Position numbers and translations under genes: made by a program. The notes below the pieces were generated by a model. It saw only the letters and a program-made list of their open reading frames with translations. It had not been told where the DNA came from and did no database searches. Below, one piece after another: positions 24,659 to 36,737 of a stretch of DNA of 64,000 nucleotides. Numbering within the stretch: position 1 is the stretch's first letter; every line of letters starts with the position of its first letter. Origin of the DNA: Mobula hypostoma (Eukaryota); contig NC_086097.1 of assembly GCF_963921235.1 (NCBI RefSeq), positions 92,754,001-92,818,000 on the forward strand, given 5' to 3'.

Positions 24659-27466
24659 CAAGTGTCCCTCGCTTTTCAAACGTTCGCTTTACAAAACCTC
24701 ACTGTTACGAAAGACCTACATTTGTACCCTGTTTTCGCTTTCAGAAGGTGGTTTTACTGTTACGAAGAAAGGCAGCGCGCGATAAAAAATCAGCGCACAT
24801 CCCAAGCAGCCGCTCTCCCCGGATTCGGAACGGCATTTTACTTTAACACGTGCCTGTGAGCAGCCGTTTGCAAGATGAGTTCTGAGGTATTGGAAAACAC
24901 TAAAAGAGCTCGTAAGGGTGTTAAACTTAGCGTAAAACTAGACATAATTAAGCGTTTCGATCATGGTGAACGAAGCAAGGACAAAGTGAGTTTGGCTTGT
25001 GGAAGTTGACAAAGATGATGTTGAAGAGGTTTTGGCATCCCATGACCAAGAACTGATAGATGAAGAGCTGATGCAATTGGAAGAGGAAAGGATAACAATC
25101 GAAACCGAATGCAGTATCGAACTGAATGTGAAGCAACTGCGTGAGATTTTCGCTGCAATGATAAAGCACGACTTTAATTTTGAAAGGGTACGTAGGTTTA
25201 GGGGATATTCGCAGGATAGTTTGAGTCCTTACAAACAATTGTATGATAGAAAAATGCGCGAGGCTCAGCAGTCAAGCAAGCCTTCCACATCAGCCACAGC
25301 AGACGATGAACCTCGACCTTCAACATCGAGGCAGGCAGTCATAGGAGAAGATGAGCTGCCTGCCCTGATCGATGATGAGATGACACCCCCGTGTCCCAGC
25401 ACCCCAACACCCAGGCCCTGGACAGATACTGTACTGATTTGCGGAGAATGCAGCAGTAGCCGGGAGGCACACAGCACATCTTTAAGAAAAAAGCCGAAAT
25501 AAACAAGCTAATTAATTAGGTGCCGCCGACACGTAATTGTCGGCCCAGATCAGTGCCGATTTCCGATTGCATCGCCTCAGATCTGAGCCAACAATTATGT
25601 GTCGGCGGCACCTAATTAATTAGCATGTTTATTTTGGCTTTTTTCTTAAAGATGTGCTGTGTGCCTCCCGGCTACTGCTGCATTCTTCGCAGCAATGTAT
25701 TGGGTCGGTGGCCCGGAGGGTGGGGGCCACTGCACCACCCAACCTGCGACAACTCAGCCTAACACACCATCATCAGTTTGCTCGGCAAGCTGTCTTCCCG
25801 ATTCCTGTAAGTGATACTACACTGTACATACATTATTTCTATTTTATATAGGCTGTGTATTTTTTTGTGTTATTTGGTAGATTTGGCAGCCTCATAGCTT
25901 AAAGGTTACTGGAGAGCGTGTTTATGCCAACAGCGCTTGCATTAGATTTTCTGCCAAGAGCACTTGCGTGAGATTTTCGCTACGGAGATCTGTCCAGGCA
26001 ATCGTTGTACAGAAGTATTTCTACTTTATATAGGCTGTGTATTTATCATATCATTCCTGCTTTTACTATACATGGGAGATCCAGTGGATGTGGTGTACCT
26101 TGACTTTCAGAAGGCATTTGATAAGGTACCACATAGGAGATTGGTGGGTAAAATCAGAGCTCATGGCATTGGGGGGAGGATATTGACATGGATAGAAAAC
26201 TGGTTGGCAGATAGAAAGCAAAGCGTAGCAGTGAATGGGTGTTTCTCGGAATGGCAGGTGGTGACTAGTGGGGTGCCACAGGGCTCGGTATTGGGACCAC
26301 AGCTGTTTATGATTTACTTCAATAATTTAGAGGAAGGCATTGTGAATAACATCAGCAAGTTTGCTGATGATACTAAGCTGGGTGGCAGTGTGACATGTGA
26401 TGAGGATGTTAGAATTCATGGTGACTTGGATAGGCTGGGTGAGTGGGCTGAAACTTGGCAGATGGCGTTTAATGTGAATAAGTGTGAGGTTATTCACTTT
26501 GGGAGCAAGAACAGGAAGGCAGATTATTATCTGAACAGTGTGGAGTTAGGTAAGGGAAAAATACGAAGAGATCTAGGAGTACTTGTTCATCAGTCTCTGA
26601 AGGTGAATGAGCAAGTGCAGCAGGCAGTGAAGAAGGCTAATGGAATGTTGGCCTTTATTACAAAGGGAATTGAGTACAAGAGCAAGGAAATCCTTTTGCA
26701 TTTGTACAGGGCCCTGGTGAGACCACAACTGGAGTATTGTGTGCAGTTTTGGTCTCCACGGTTAAGGAAGGACATCCTGGCTGTGGAGGAGGTGCAGCAT
26801 AGGTTCACTAGGTTAATTCCTGGGATGTCCGGACTGTCTTACGCAGAGAGGTTAGAGTGACTGGGCTTGTACACGCTGGAATTAAGGAGATTGAGGGGGG
26901 GATCTGATTGAGACATATAAGATTATTAAAGGATTGGACAAGATAGAGGCAGGAAATATGTTCCAGATGCTGGGAGAGTCCAGTACCAGAGGGCATGGTT
27001 TAAGAATAAGGGGTAGGTCATTTAGGACAGAGTTGAGGAGGAACTTCTTCTCCCAGAGAGTTGTGGAGGTGTGGAACGCGCTGCCTCAGAAGGCAGTGGA
27101 GGCCAATTCTCTGGATGCTTTCAAGGAGCTAGATAGGTATCTTATGGATAGGGGAATCAAGGGTTATGGGGACAAGGCAGGAACCAGGTATTGATAGTAG
27201 ATGATCAGCCATGATCTCAGAATGGCGGTGCAGGCTCGAAGGGCCGACTGGTCTACTTCTGCACCTATTGTCTATTGTCTATATGCTACTGTTACTTTAG
27301 GTTTTAGGTGTTATTTGTCATGATTTGGTAGGTTATTTTTGGGTCTGCAAACACTCACAAAATTTTCCCATATAAATAAATGGTAATTGCTTCTTCGCTT
27401 TACGACATTTCGCCTTACGAACCGTTTCATAGGAATGCTCTACCTTCGGACAGCGGGGGAAACCTG
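24659..27466 (+). mobile_element. Tigger/pogo internal-deletion derivative, copy 1 (contains a CR1)
   Basis: TA TSD and TIRs caagtgtccctcgc / gcgggggaaacctg. Retains the N-terminal HTH start (RKGVxLSVKLDIIKRFDHGE) and the acidic C-terminus (DVEEVLASHDQELIDEELMQLEEE); no DDD domain. Confidence 0.85.
26071..27278 (+). mobile_element. CR1/HER1-type LINE, 5'-truncated
   Basis: VDVVYLDFQKAFDKVPH, GVPQGSVLGP and FADDTK motifs; (tattgtc)n tail; ctata direct repeat at both ends. Confidence 0.92.
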
Positions 27467-28359
27467 TACCTCCTCATGGGGAAGGCTTCAGGAGTAAACC
27501 CCAAGAAAAAAATTTGGAGCTGGAGTCCCTAAGGCAGTCCTACATTGAGTTCAACGCTGATTGACAACTCCTGCAACGTTGCTGGTGCCAAACAGTATCG
27601 GTCTTTGCCGTTCCTTTGGGTTCATCAGGTTCGTGGAGGGGGGAGCTTGCTCCATGGGCAACAGTTTGCTCTCCATATTGTACTGCCCAGGCTCACATAT
27701 CTGTTTAGCTAGGACGCAACATCCATGGTTGTCCCTGACCTACAGAAGCCTCAGATTTAAAAGTGCTTTCTGACTGATCCCACACCCCTGTTCCATCACC
27801 ATTGCACAGATACAACCTCAATTTTATAATGAATGACAAAGGAATGATACTCAAGTCACCTACAAAGGACCCGTTGTATAACTATCCACTTTTCCAACAT
27901 CAATTGCCGACAAGCATTATTTCACTGGCATCCGGCAATGGTGATATGATCAAGTCAGCTAAGTGGATCGGAACGGTCTGGCAAGACATGGGCCAAACAC
28001 AGGCAAATGGGACTACCTTAGATAGGCATCTTAGCCGGCATGTACCAGTTGAGCCAAAGGGCTTATTTCATGTTATATGATCCTGAGCAGACAATAACAT
28101 TGAAAAATGTTCCTTAGCAGCAGGCATAGGACACATTCTCAGTACAGAGGGGTGTCCTTTTAGACCAAAGATCAGGAGGAATCTCTTTAGCCAGAGAGTG
28201 ATGAATCTGTGGAATTTGTTGCCACAGGCGGCTGTGGTGACCAAGTCACTGGGTATATTTAAGGCAGAGGCTGATAGATTCTTGATTAGTCAGGGCATGA
28301 AGGGATACTGGGAGAAGACAAGAGATTGGGGCTGAGAAGGAAAATGGATCTGTCTTCAA

Positions 28360-29450
28360 AATCAAAGTTGAAAGTAAAATTTATTATCAGAGTACCTACA
28401 TGTCACTACATACAAGCCTGAGATTCTTTTTTCTGTGGGCATACTCAGCAAATGTAAACAGGATCAATGGATAACAAGCTATGAAAATACTAATATAAAT
28501 AAATAGCAATAAATAACGAGCATGAAATAACCAGATAAAAAGTCCTTAAAGTGAGACCATTGGTTGTGGAAACACCAAAAGTAGAATGAGTGTAGCTATC
28601 CCCTTTTGTTCAAGAGCCTGATGGTTGAGGGGAAGTAACTGTTCTTGAACCTGGTGGTGCAAGTCCTGAGGCACCTGTACCTTCTACCTGATGGCAGCTG
28701 CGAGAAAAGAGCCTGGCCTGGGTGGTGAGAATCTTTAATGATGGATGCTGCTTTCCTATGACAGCGTTTCATGTGGATGTGCTCAATGGTTGAGAGGGTT
28801 TTACCTATGTACTGGGTCGAATCCACCACCTTTTGTAGGATTTTCAGCTCAAAGGAATTGATGTTCCCATACCAGGCTGTAATGCAGCCAGTCAGCACCC
28901 ATCTATAGAGGTTTGCCAAGATTTTTGATGACATGCTAAATCTCCGCAGACTCCTGAGGAAATAGAGGCGCTGTCGTGCTTTCTTTGCAATTATATTTAT
29001 ATGTTGGGTCCAGGACAGGTCCTCTGAGATAGTGATCCCCAGGAATTTAGTTACTGACCCTGTCCACCTCTGATTTCTCAATAATTACTGGCTCATGGAC
29101 CTCTGGTTTCCCTCTCCTGAAATCTATAATCAGTTCCTTGGTCTTATTGACATTGAGTGAGAGGTTGTTGTTACTACACCACTCAGCCAAAGTTCCAAAC
29201 TCGCTCCTGTATGCTGATTCATCACCTCCTTTGATACAGCCCACAGCAGTGGTCATCAGCAAACTTGTATATGGTGTGGGAGCTGTACTTAGCCACACAG
29301 TCATAGGTGTAGAGCAGAGCAGGGGGCTAAGTACACATCCCTATGGTGCTCCTGTGCTGATGGAGATTGAGGAGGAGATGTTTTTGCCAATCCAAGTGAA
29401 AAAATCCAGGACCCCACAGCACAAGTGGGTATTGAGACCCAGGTCTTGGA
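28360..29450 (-). mobile_element. Rex1/Babar LINE 3' portion
   Basis: LSLNVNKTKELIIDFR, KFLGITISEDLSW, KKARQRLYFLR and PSGRRYR..RFKNSYFP motifs. Confidence 0.85.
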
Positions 29451-29609
29451 ACATACTGATACATGATGAAATGGCAAAGCAAACTCGATGGCCTAATTCT
29501 GTTCCTATATCTTATGGTCTAAATGCTAATTTTTCCAACTAGAAATCTAAACATTTATAGTCTGCAAATTTAAGAACAAGGCAAAAAAACATTTTTTTTA
29601 AAAATCCAC

Positions 29610-32020
29610 GTCCTTTGAGCCCTCTACTTTTTGATTTGATATTAGAACCCTTAGCAATTGCTTTTCGAGAGTCTAAAGCGATTACTGGTATTTTAAGGAG
29701 AGGTACTATCCATAAAGTGTCGCTCTATGCTGATGACTTATTGATTTTTATATCTAATGTTACAATGTCTTTACCATTTGTGTTCCGTTTACTGACTAAT
29801 TTTAGTCAGTTCTCAAGATATAAATTAAATTTACATAAGAGTGAACTGTTTCCTTTAAACAATTTAATACCAACTGATATTAACCTTCCTTTTAAAATTT
29901 TAAGAAAACAATTTATGTATTTAGGAGTAACAATTACTAAGAATTATAAAGATTTATTTATGGAAAATTTTTTAACTTTAATGAATTATGTTAAAAAAAA
30001 CTTTCTAAATGGTCACCTCTCTCTTTATCACTGATTGGCCAAATTAATTCTAGTAAAATGAATATCTTACCTAAATTTATATACCTTTTTCAAGCTGTGC
30101 CTGTTTTTATTCCTAAATTTCTTTTTAACTCTTTGGATTCAATTCTTTCTCCCTATATATGGAATAAAAAACCTCGTATAAATAAAGCTCACCTTCAAAA
30201 TACCATACAAAATGGAGTCTTTGCCTTACCCAATTTTAGGTTATATTATTGGGCAGTTAATATACAAAATATTACGTTCTGGATATATTATATTAACCAT
30301 GAGAATTGCCCTATACGGGTTTCTTTGGAAATTTTATGAAATGTCCATTATTTCTTTACTTGGATCCTCGCTTCCTTTATCTTTAAATAAACTAACTGAC
30401 AATGTGGTGGTCAAACATACTTTGAGGATTTGTTTACAGTTTAGAAAACATTTTGGTTTATTGAGATTCTCCCTCTCAAGTCCCATCTTTTCTAATTGTT
30501 TTTTAAACCATCTTTAATTGATTTATCTTTTAAAGAATGGGATAGATTAGGTATTAAACAATTTCAGGATTTGGTTGATGGAGGGAATCTCTCTTCTTTT
30601 GCGCAACTTTCAATGAAATTTAACCTTCCAATACTCACTTTTTTCGACACTTATAGATTAGAGATTTTTTAAGATCTCAATTACATACATTTCCTACAAG
30701 TCCAGGTAAGAATATAATAGACAATTTTTAATCTGAAACCCTTTGATAACGGTTCAATATCTTACATTTACGGTCAGCTGTTGGGACTGAAAAAGGACTC
30801 TTTAGATAAAATTAAAGGAGATTGGGAAAAAGATTTACAGATTTTCATATCTGAAGAGAGCTGGAAGATTATTTTAAAATTGATCAATTCTTCATCATTA
30901 TGTGGGTGTATTTAAGGCAGAGATTGATAGGTATCTGAGTAGCCAGGGCATCAAAGGTTATGGTGAGAAGGCAGGGGAGTGGGACTAAATAGGAGAAAAT
31001 GGATCAGCTCATGATAAAATGGCGGAGCAGACTCGATGGGCCGAATGGCCTACTTCTGCTCCTTTGTCTTATGGTCTTATGTGCTCGTCAGTCTTTAATA
31101 CAATTCAAAGAGGTAAATAGAGTTCATATGTCTAAAGACAAGCTCTCTCATTTCTACGCAGATATTTTCCCTTACCATGATAGACGTACTAATTCATATG
31201 TTTTGGACATGTATGAGCCTTGAAAAATTTTGGAAAGATGTATTTCAAACTTTTTCTGCACTTTTCAATGTTAGTTTTAAGACCAATCCTTTGACTGCCT
31301 TGTTTGGTATTGTTGAGGATAGTGCTACAAAATTGAAGCCATCTAATTTGCGGGTATTGGCCTTTATGTCTCTAATGGTCAGGAGGGCGATTTTGCTCAA
31401 GTGGAAGGAGGCCGCCCCGCCCACTCATGTTCAATGGCTATCTGACGTTATAGAAACATAGAAAATAGGTGCAGGAGTAGGCCATTCGGCCCTTCGAGCC
31501 TGCACCGCCATTTATTATGATCATGGCTGATCATCCAACTCAGAACCCCGCCCCAGCCTTCCCTCCATACCCCCTGACCCCTGTACCCCTGACCTATGTT
31601 GTGCCTTGATCTAGAGAAGATTCATTGTTCGATTTCTGATTCTAAACATGATTTTCTAATGTTATGGGGACCCTTTCTGAGTTATTTTCATAATCTTTGA
31701 ACTGTTATTAAAGTATGGATCTGAGCCATTATTATTATAATATTATATGGTAAGGTATTTCTTTTTTTCTTCTCTTTTAACCAACCGGCCCATTTTGGTA
31801 GTGGGGTAGTTTTATTTTAATAAAATACAATTATTTTAATTTATTTCATTTCATAATTCAATCTTTTTTTTCCTACATGATTGATTTGGAATATGAGATA
31901 ATGTGATCATATTACTGTGATTTAAATGTAATGTAATTCATATTACTTACTTGTATCCTTATGAATTTTGTATTTGCATTTATGCAATTTTTATAATATT
32001 AATAAAAATATTGAGAGAAA
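29610..32020 (+). mobile_element. L1-clade LINE family A, 5'-truncated copy with two CR1-tail inserts (about 30904-31076 + and about 31450-31594 -)
   Basis: High identity to 12060-13449; SLYADD and MNILPK motifs; 3' end ttaataaaaatattg. Confidence 0.88.
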
Positions 32021-32455
32021 AATCCACTGCATTTTAGGAATTTACATGCACTAATATAAAACATTCTTTAAATGCTAGAGCTTACTAAGCAGTAAGTGGT
32101 TTGTTAATCCATTAAAAACTTGCTCATACCTCTTGCATCAAAGACCAGGGTATAGAACCATGAGAACTGTATGTAAATACCTCATGTTCTGGAGATTGTG
32201 TTGGAGAAGGCCGCGAAACTACATAGCTCTGGTATTTGTATATTATTGTCATGTATACAGACATATGTTGAAAAACTTTTACTTTGTGATCCAAATAGAT
32301 AATACAATTCATAATTACATCGAGGTAGTAAAAAGAAAACAGAATGCAGAAGGTAACGCTAAAGTTATAGATGTTAAAGTTAAAGTTAAAGTGCAGTGAC
32401 AGATAAAGTGCAAAGACCATGAGGAAGTAGATTGGGAGATCAAGAATTCAACCTT

Positions 32456-32726
32456 GGGTGCACGGTAGTGTAGTGGCTAGCACAACACTTTACATTACCA
32501 ACGACCCAGGTTCAATTCCCGCCACCACCTGTAACAAGTTTGTATGTATTCCTCATGACTATGTGGGTTTCCTCCCACAGTCCAAAGACATACTGGCTGG
32601 TCGGTTAATGGTCATTGTAAACCGTCCTGTGAATAGGCTAGGATTAAATTGGGGGATTGCTGGGCAGTGTGGCTGGAAGGTGTAGAAGGGACTATACCAC
32701 GCTGTATCTCAATGAATGAAAAAAAA
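32456..32726 (+). mobile_element. tRNA-derived V-SINE (HE1-like)
   Basis: A box tagtgtagtgg, B box ggttcaattcc, V-core gggtttcctcccacagtccaaagac, CR1-like tail and A-rich end. Confidence 0.8.
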
Positions 32727-33045
32727 CGCCTTTAGCATGAGAGTGTTATTCAGGAGTCAGATAACACTGGGATGGAAGCTGGCCTTGAGCCTGGTGGTTC
32801 AAGCCCTCAGGCTTTTTTTTAATCTTCTGCCCAAAGGCAGAGGGAAGAAGGGAGAATATGTGTGTGTTGCTTAAATTTCCAGCATCTGCAGATTTCCTCG
32901 TGTCTGTGTTTTTAATCTCTCTCCTCTGGTTCTTTTCCCAATATCATAAATCTCTGATTAGAAATACAATTTATGGATCACTGCTTCCCACTAATTCTAT
33001 TAAAATTCATTAGAATTTTCAACACTATTAAATACCTTAGGTAAT

Positions 33046-33390
33046 GGGGTGGAGATACCGAAGGAGATGTCAGGCAGTCCTTCCCTCCGCTAGCCTGCTG
33101 GTCACCCTTGGGTGAGGTGTAGCACGAGCTTAGCCCCCTCCCCCTCCCTCCTGATCAGGGTCACCCACATTGAGCAACTGGTACATATCACAAGTCCTGA
33201 TTATGTGACCACTAGCACCAGGCAGACGGTCCCTGAAGCGTATTGATAATGGCTGGGGTCACCTGTCTTGTAAAACACAGAAGGCGGCAACGGCAAGCCA
33301 GTTCTGTAGAAAAACTTGCCAAGAACAATCATGGTCACGAAAAAACTATGACTGCCTATGTCATACAACATGGCACATAACAAACGATTA
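33046..33390 (+). mobile_element. RTE-derived (Bov-A/Sauria-like) short element
   Basis: gaaggcggcaacggcaagccagttctgtagaaaaacttgccaagaacaatcatgg resembles the GGCAATGGCAACCCACTCCAGTATTCTTGCC segment shared by RTE-mobilised SINEs (recall). Confidence 0.5.
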
Positions 33391-33919
33391 CCCCTCCAAA
33401 GAAGAACTCTCAGGTGCCTCCAGTGAACTGAACAGTGTCTCTCAGTTCAGGCATCAGATCTATAAACCTCCTCACACTAAGCCCAGAATTAGACATAAAA
33501 CACTAGCAAGGGCCTAAACCATGGTTCAGTAGCTCTAAAGTTTCCATACATCACAGAACAGTATGATTGGTAGTCGAGCTGCTAAAGCCTCAAATCTGGC
33601 TAGGCAGCTGGCTCACTGACAATTGCAGCCATTAGCATCCATTCATTCACAAAAGCATCGATCAAGTGGAAGCAGATCAGAAGGTTTCACAGCCTAGCCT
33701 GATCCCAACACCTAACTGTCCCGCAAAACAAGCTTTGTAGGAAAGACTGATGGCCTGTGATTGGGTTGAAAAGAAGCCTGGTTATTTTCCCTCTCCCCCA
33801 CTCCCCCTGTCTGACCACAGGTGGAAGGCCCAACAACAACTTTGCCTTAAATTAGCTAACTCTGTACAGGTATGGGCCACCCAGTCTACATGGCTCAAAG
33901 TCAACACCAAGACATTGGA

Positions 33920-34300
33920 ATACAACTTGTATTTTAAAGCAATTTATATCATGTCTTTTACAACCTCGGGATGTCACACAGTACTTAAAATCAATCCAGT
34001 ACTTTTGAAGTACAGCCTCTACAGTAACAGAGGAAACGCAGCAGCCACATTCAGAGACCCTCAAAATAGTAATATGATGGACAACAATCAGATCTGGATA
34101 GGTTGATTGGGGAGAAACATCGGCCAGAGAACTGAAACTCCATTCTTCAAAGTCTACTCATCCAAGAGGTACACAAGATCTCAGCAGAATGCCTCATCTT
34201 GAAAATGGCATTTAAGGCCATACAGAACAAAGTGAGGTATCAATAGATTAGTACGTAGATCAGACAAATATCCAACTTGTGACAAGAGGTTTTCAACACA
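33920..34300 (-). mobile_element. Old DeuSINE (SacSINE1/AmnSINE1-like) remnant; another piece at about 45425-45545
   Basis: Diverged Deu-domain-like text (tacttttgaagt..ggaaacgcagcagcca..ctcatcttgaaaatggca; cctcagtactgcact..gtgtcagcct). Confidence 0.5.
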
Positions 34301-34863
34301 GGCAAGTGCAAGTCATTCACATTGGCTCCAAAAGGAATGGCTCAGAATACTTGTTCAATGATGAAAACTGTGAAACAGTGGCAGTCTAAGATCCCTGGAC
34401 ACAGATCATTAAAACATTTTTTAAAATGAAGTGCAGATTCCGGTGACGTCATCGTCCAGAATGGCAGCTTAAATCAACAGCTCCTCCGGAAACAAAAATA
34501 TCTAAATTGATAAGGGGGGCAAGAATGGGAAAAAAGAATGGAGATTAAAAAAAGCATCACTGCAGAGCCTACGGAAGAGTGAGGTGCAACGTGCGGCTCT
34601 CCTACATGTGCACGTGGTGGCGAGGCTGACGCTGGGCCTCGTTCAAGTGAAGCAGCAAATATGATAAAAATTCTGGAAGAGATAAGGGAAGTCCAAAAAG
34701 ATATAAAGCAGCAACTCAATGATATTAAGTCAGAGCCCGCCAACGTCAATCAGAAAATAGCAGTGGCAGAGACGCGAATTGAGAAGGTGGAAGATCGCGT
34801 GCAAAACGTGGAACAGATACTAAGTAAGATGATAAAAATATTAAATCAACAGGAAAGTAAATT

Positions 34864-34970
34864 CCTTCAGTTAGTCCTGACGAAGGGTCTCGGCCTGAAA
34901 TGTCGACTGCGCCTCTTCCTATAGATGCTGCTTGGCCTGCTGCGTTCACCAGCAACTTTGATGTGTGTTG
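34864..34970 (+). mobile_element. 107-bp mini-Penelope insertion (hammerhead + hairpin only)
   Basis: Near-identical to 16311-16417, flanked by a perfect 14-bp TSD caggaaagtaaatt (34850-34863, 34971-34984) inside L1 ORF1. Confidence 0.9.
34868..34909 (+). ncRNA. Minimal hammerhead ribozyme copy (helix III variant GAAAUGUC)
   Basis: CUGACGA core at 34877-34883; a CpG-type C>T change in helix III. Confidence 0.75.
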
Positions 34971-35852
34971 CAGGAAAGTAAATTGCTTGATCAGGAGGGA
35001 AGATTGTGACGGAAAAGTATCAGGATTTATAATGTTCCCAAAGGAACGGAGGGATTGTTGATTATGGAATTTGTAGAAAGCTGCTGCGGGACGCGCTGGA
35101 GATTCTCCTGACTATGGAGATTGAAATTGAGAGGGCACATCGTTCGCTCGTCCCACAGCCTCCTGAAGACAGAGAAAGTAAGCCGCGCTCCATAGTACTT
35201 AGATTCCTTCGATTCAACAGCAAGGCGGAGATTCTACAAAGGGCCTGGGGTAAGAAGAGGGTGTTTTGGAATGGGAAGTTGACAATTTCAATCATGATTA
35301 CCCCCAGCGGTCCTACAGAAACGGAAGGAATATTCTGAAGCGAAACGAATATTAAAGCAAGAAAAGATTAAATTCCAAACCCCATACCCTGCTAAACTGA
35401 GAGTATTTTACGAAGGAGGGATACAGCTATATCAGAAAGTAGAAGAGGCAACTACAGACATGAACGACAGAGGACTGCCCGTTAGCATGGTCAAACCAAG
35501 GGAAAGTCTGGCTGAGCAGTTATCCCGATCTGCTGAGGAAATAGTAAGAGAACCGAGAAAGTGGGGGGGGGGGGGGGGGGAGAGGACAAGAGAAGGATAT
35601 TAGAAAGAGACTGTGAGTTCTCCGAAGACAGCCCTCACTTCCTCCAGAAGAGCCATAAGGTTTGGCTAACTTTAAAAGTGCGGATAAACTAAACGGAAGC
35701 AAAAATAGATGGTGATAGACCTATCTCAAGAAATACATATTATAATGTGGATTTTATATTACTCAATTTTTTTTATTCATTCATTCACTCCTTTTCCCCC
35801 ACCTAAATGAGAATATATATATGGAAAGAATACACAGGGAAATCATTCCTGT

Positions 35853-36737
35853 GTCTCCCCACTGATCTCCCTCCTGGCACTTATCATTGTAAGCGGAACA
35901 AGTGCTACACATGCCCTTACACTTCCTCCCTCACCACCATTCAGGGCCCCAGACAGTCCTTCCAGGTGAGGCGACACTTCACCTGTGAGTCGGCTGGGGT
36001 GATATACTGCATCCGGTGCTCCCGATGTGGCCTTCTATATATTGGCGAGACCCGACGCAGACTGGGAGATCGTTTTGCTAAACACCTACGCTCTGTCCGC
36101 CAGAGAAAGCAGGATCTCCCAGTGGCCACACATTTTAATTCCAATGGGCCATTCCCATTCTGACATGTCTCACCACAGCCTCCTCTACTGTAAAGATGAA
36201 GCCACACTCAGGTTGGAGGAACAACACCTTGTATTCTGTCTGGGTAGCGTAGCCTCCAACCTGATGGCATGAACATTGACTTCTCAAACTTCCGCTAATG
36301 CCCCACCTCCCCCTCGTACCCCATCCATTATTTATTTATATGCACACATTCTTTTTCTCTCTCTCTCTCCTTTTTCTCCCTCTGTCCCTCTGACTATACC
36401 CCTTGCCCATCCTCTGGCCTTTTCTCCCCCCCTCCCCCTTTTCTTTCTCCATAGGCCTCCTGTCCAATGATCCTCTCATATCCTTTTTGCCAATCAACTG
36501 TCCAGCTCTTGGCTCCATCCCTCCCCCTCCTGTCTTCTCCTATCATTTCGGATCTCCCCCTCCCCCTCCCACTTTCAAATCTCTTACTAGCTCTTCTTTC
36601 AGTTAGTCCTGACGAAGGATCTCGGCCCGAAACATCGACTGTACCCCTTCCTAGAGATGCTGCCTGTCCTGCTGCGTTCACCAGCAACTTTTATGTGTGT
36701 TGCTTGAAATTCCAGCATCTGCAGATTTCCTCGTGTT
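35853..36737 (+). mobile_element. Penelope-like element 3' fragment (GIY-YIG + 3'UTR + hammerhead at 36600-36641, variant GAAACAUC)
   Basis: Near-identical to 15590-16450; sits in the L1-B inter-ORF spacer. Confidence 0.9.

Larger units (their letters stand above)
24383..27770 (+). mobile_element. Non-autonomous RTE-related element, copy 2 (split by Tigger insertion)
   Basis: 24383-24650 and 27469-27770 align colinearly with 1667-2160. Confidence 0.55.

Noticed and set aside
32456..32530. tRNA gene
   Set aside because: The A/B boxes are the head of a SINE; there is no cloverleaf and it continues into the V-core and a LINE-like tail.
33046..33150. HDV-like ribozyme at the 5' end of the Bov-A-like element (GGGGUGG/UCACCCU could form P1)
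   Set aside because: I could not place a proper P3/L3 and P2 around it.
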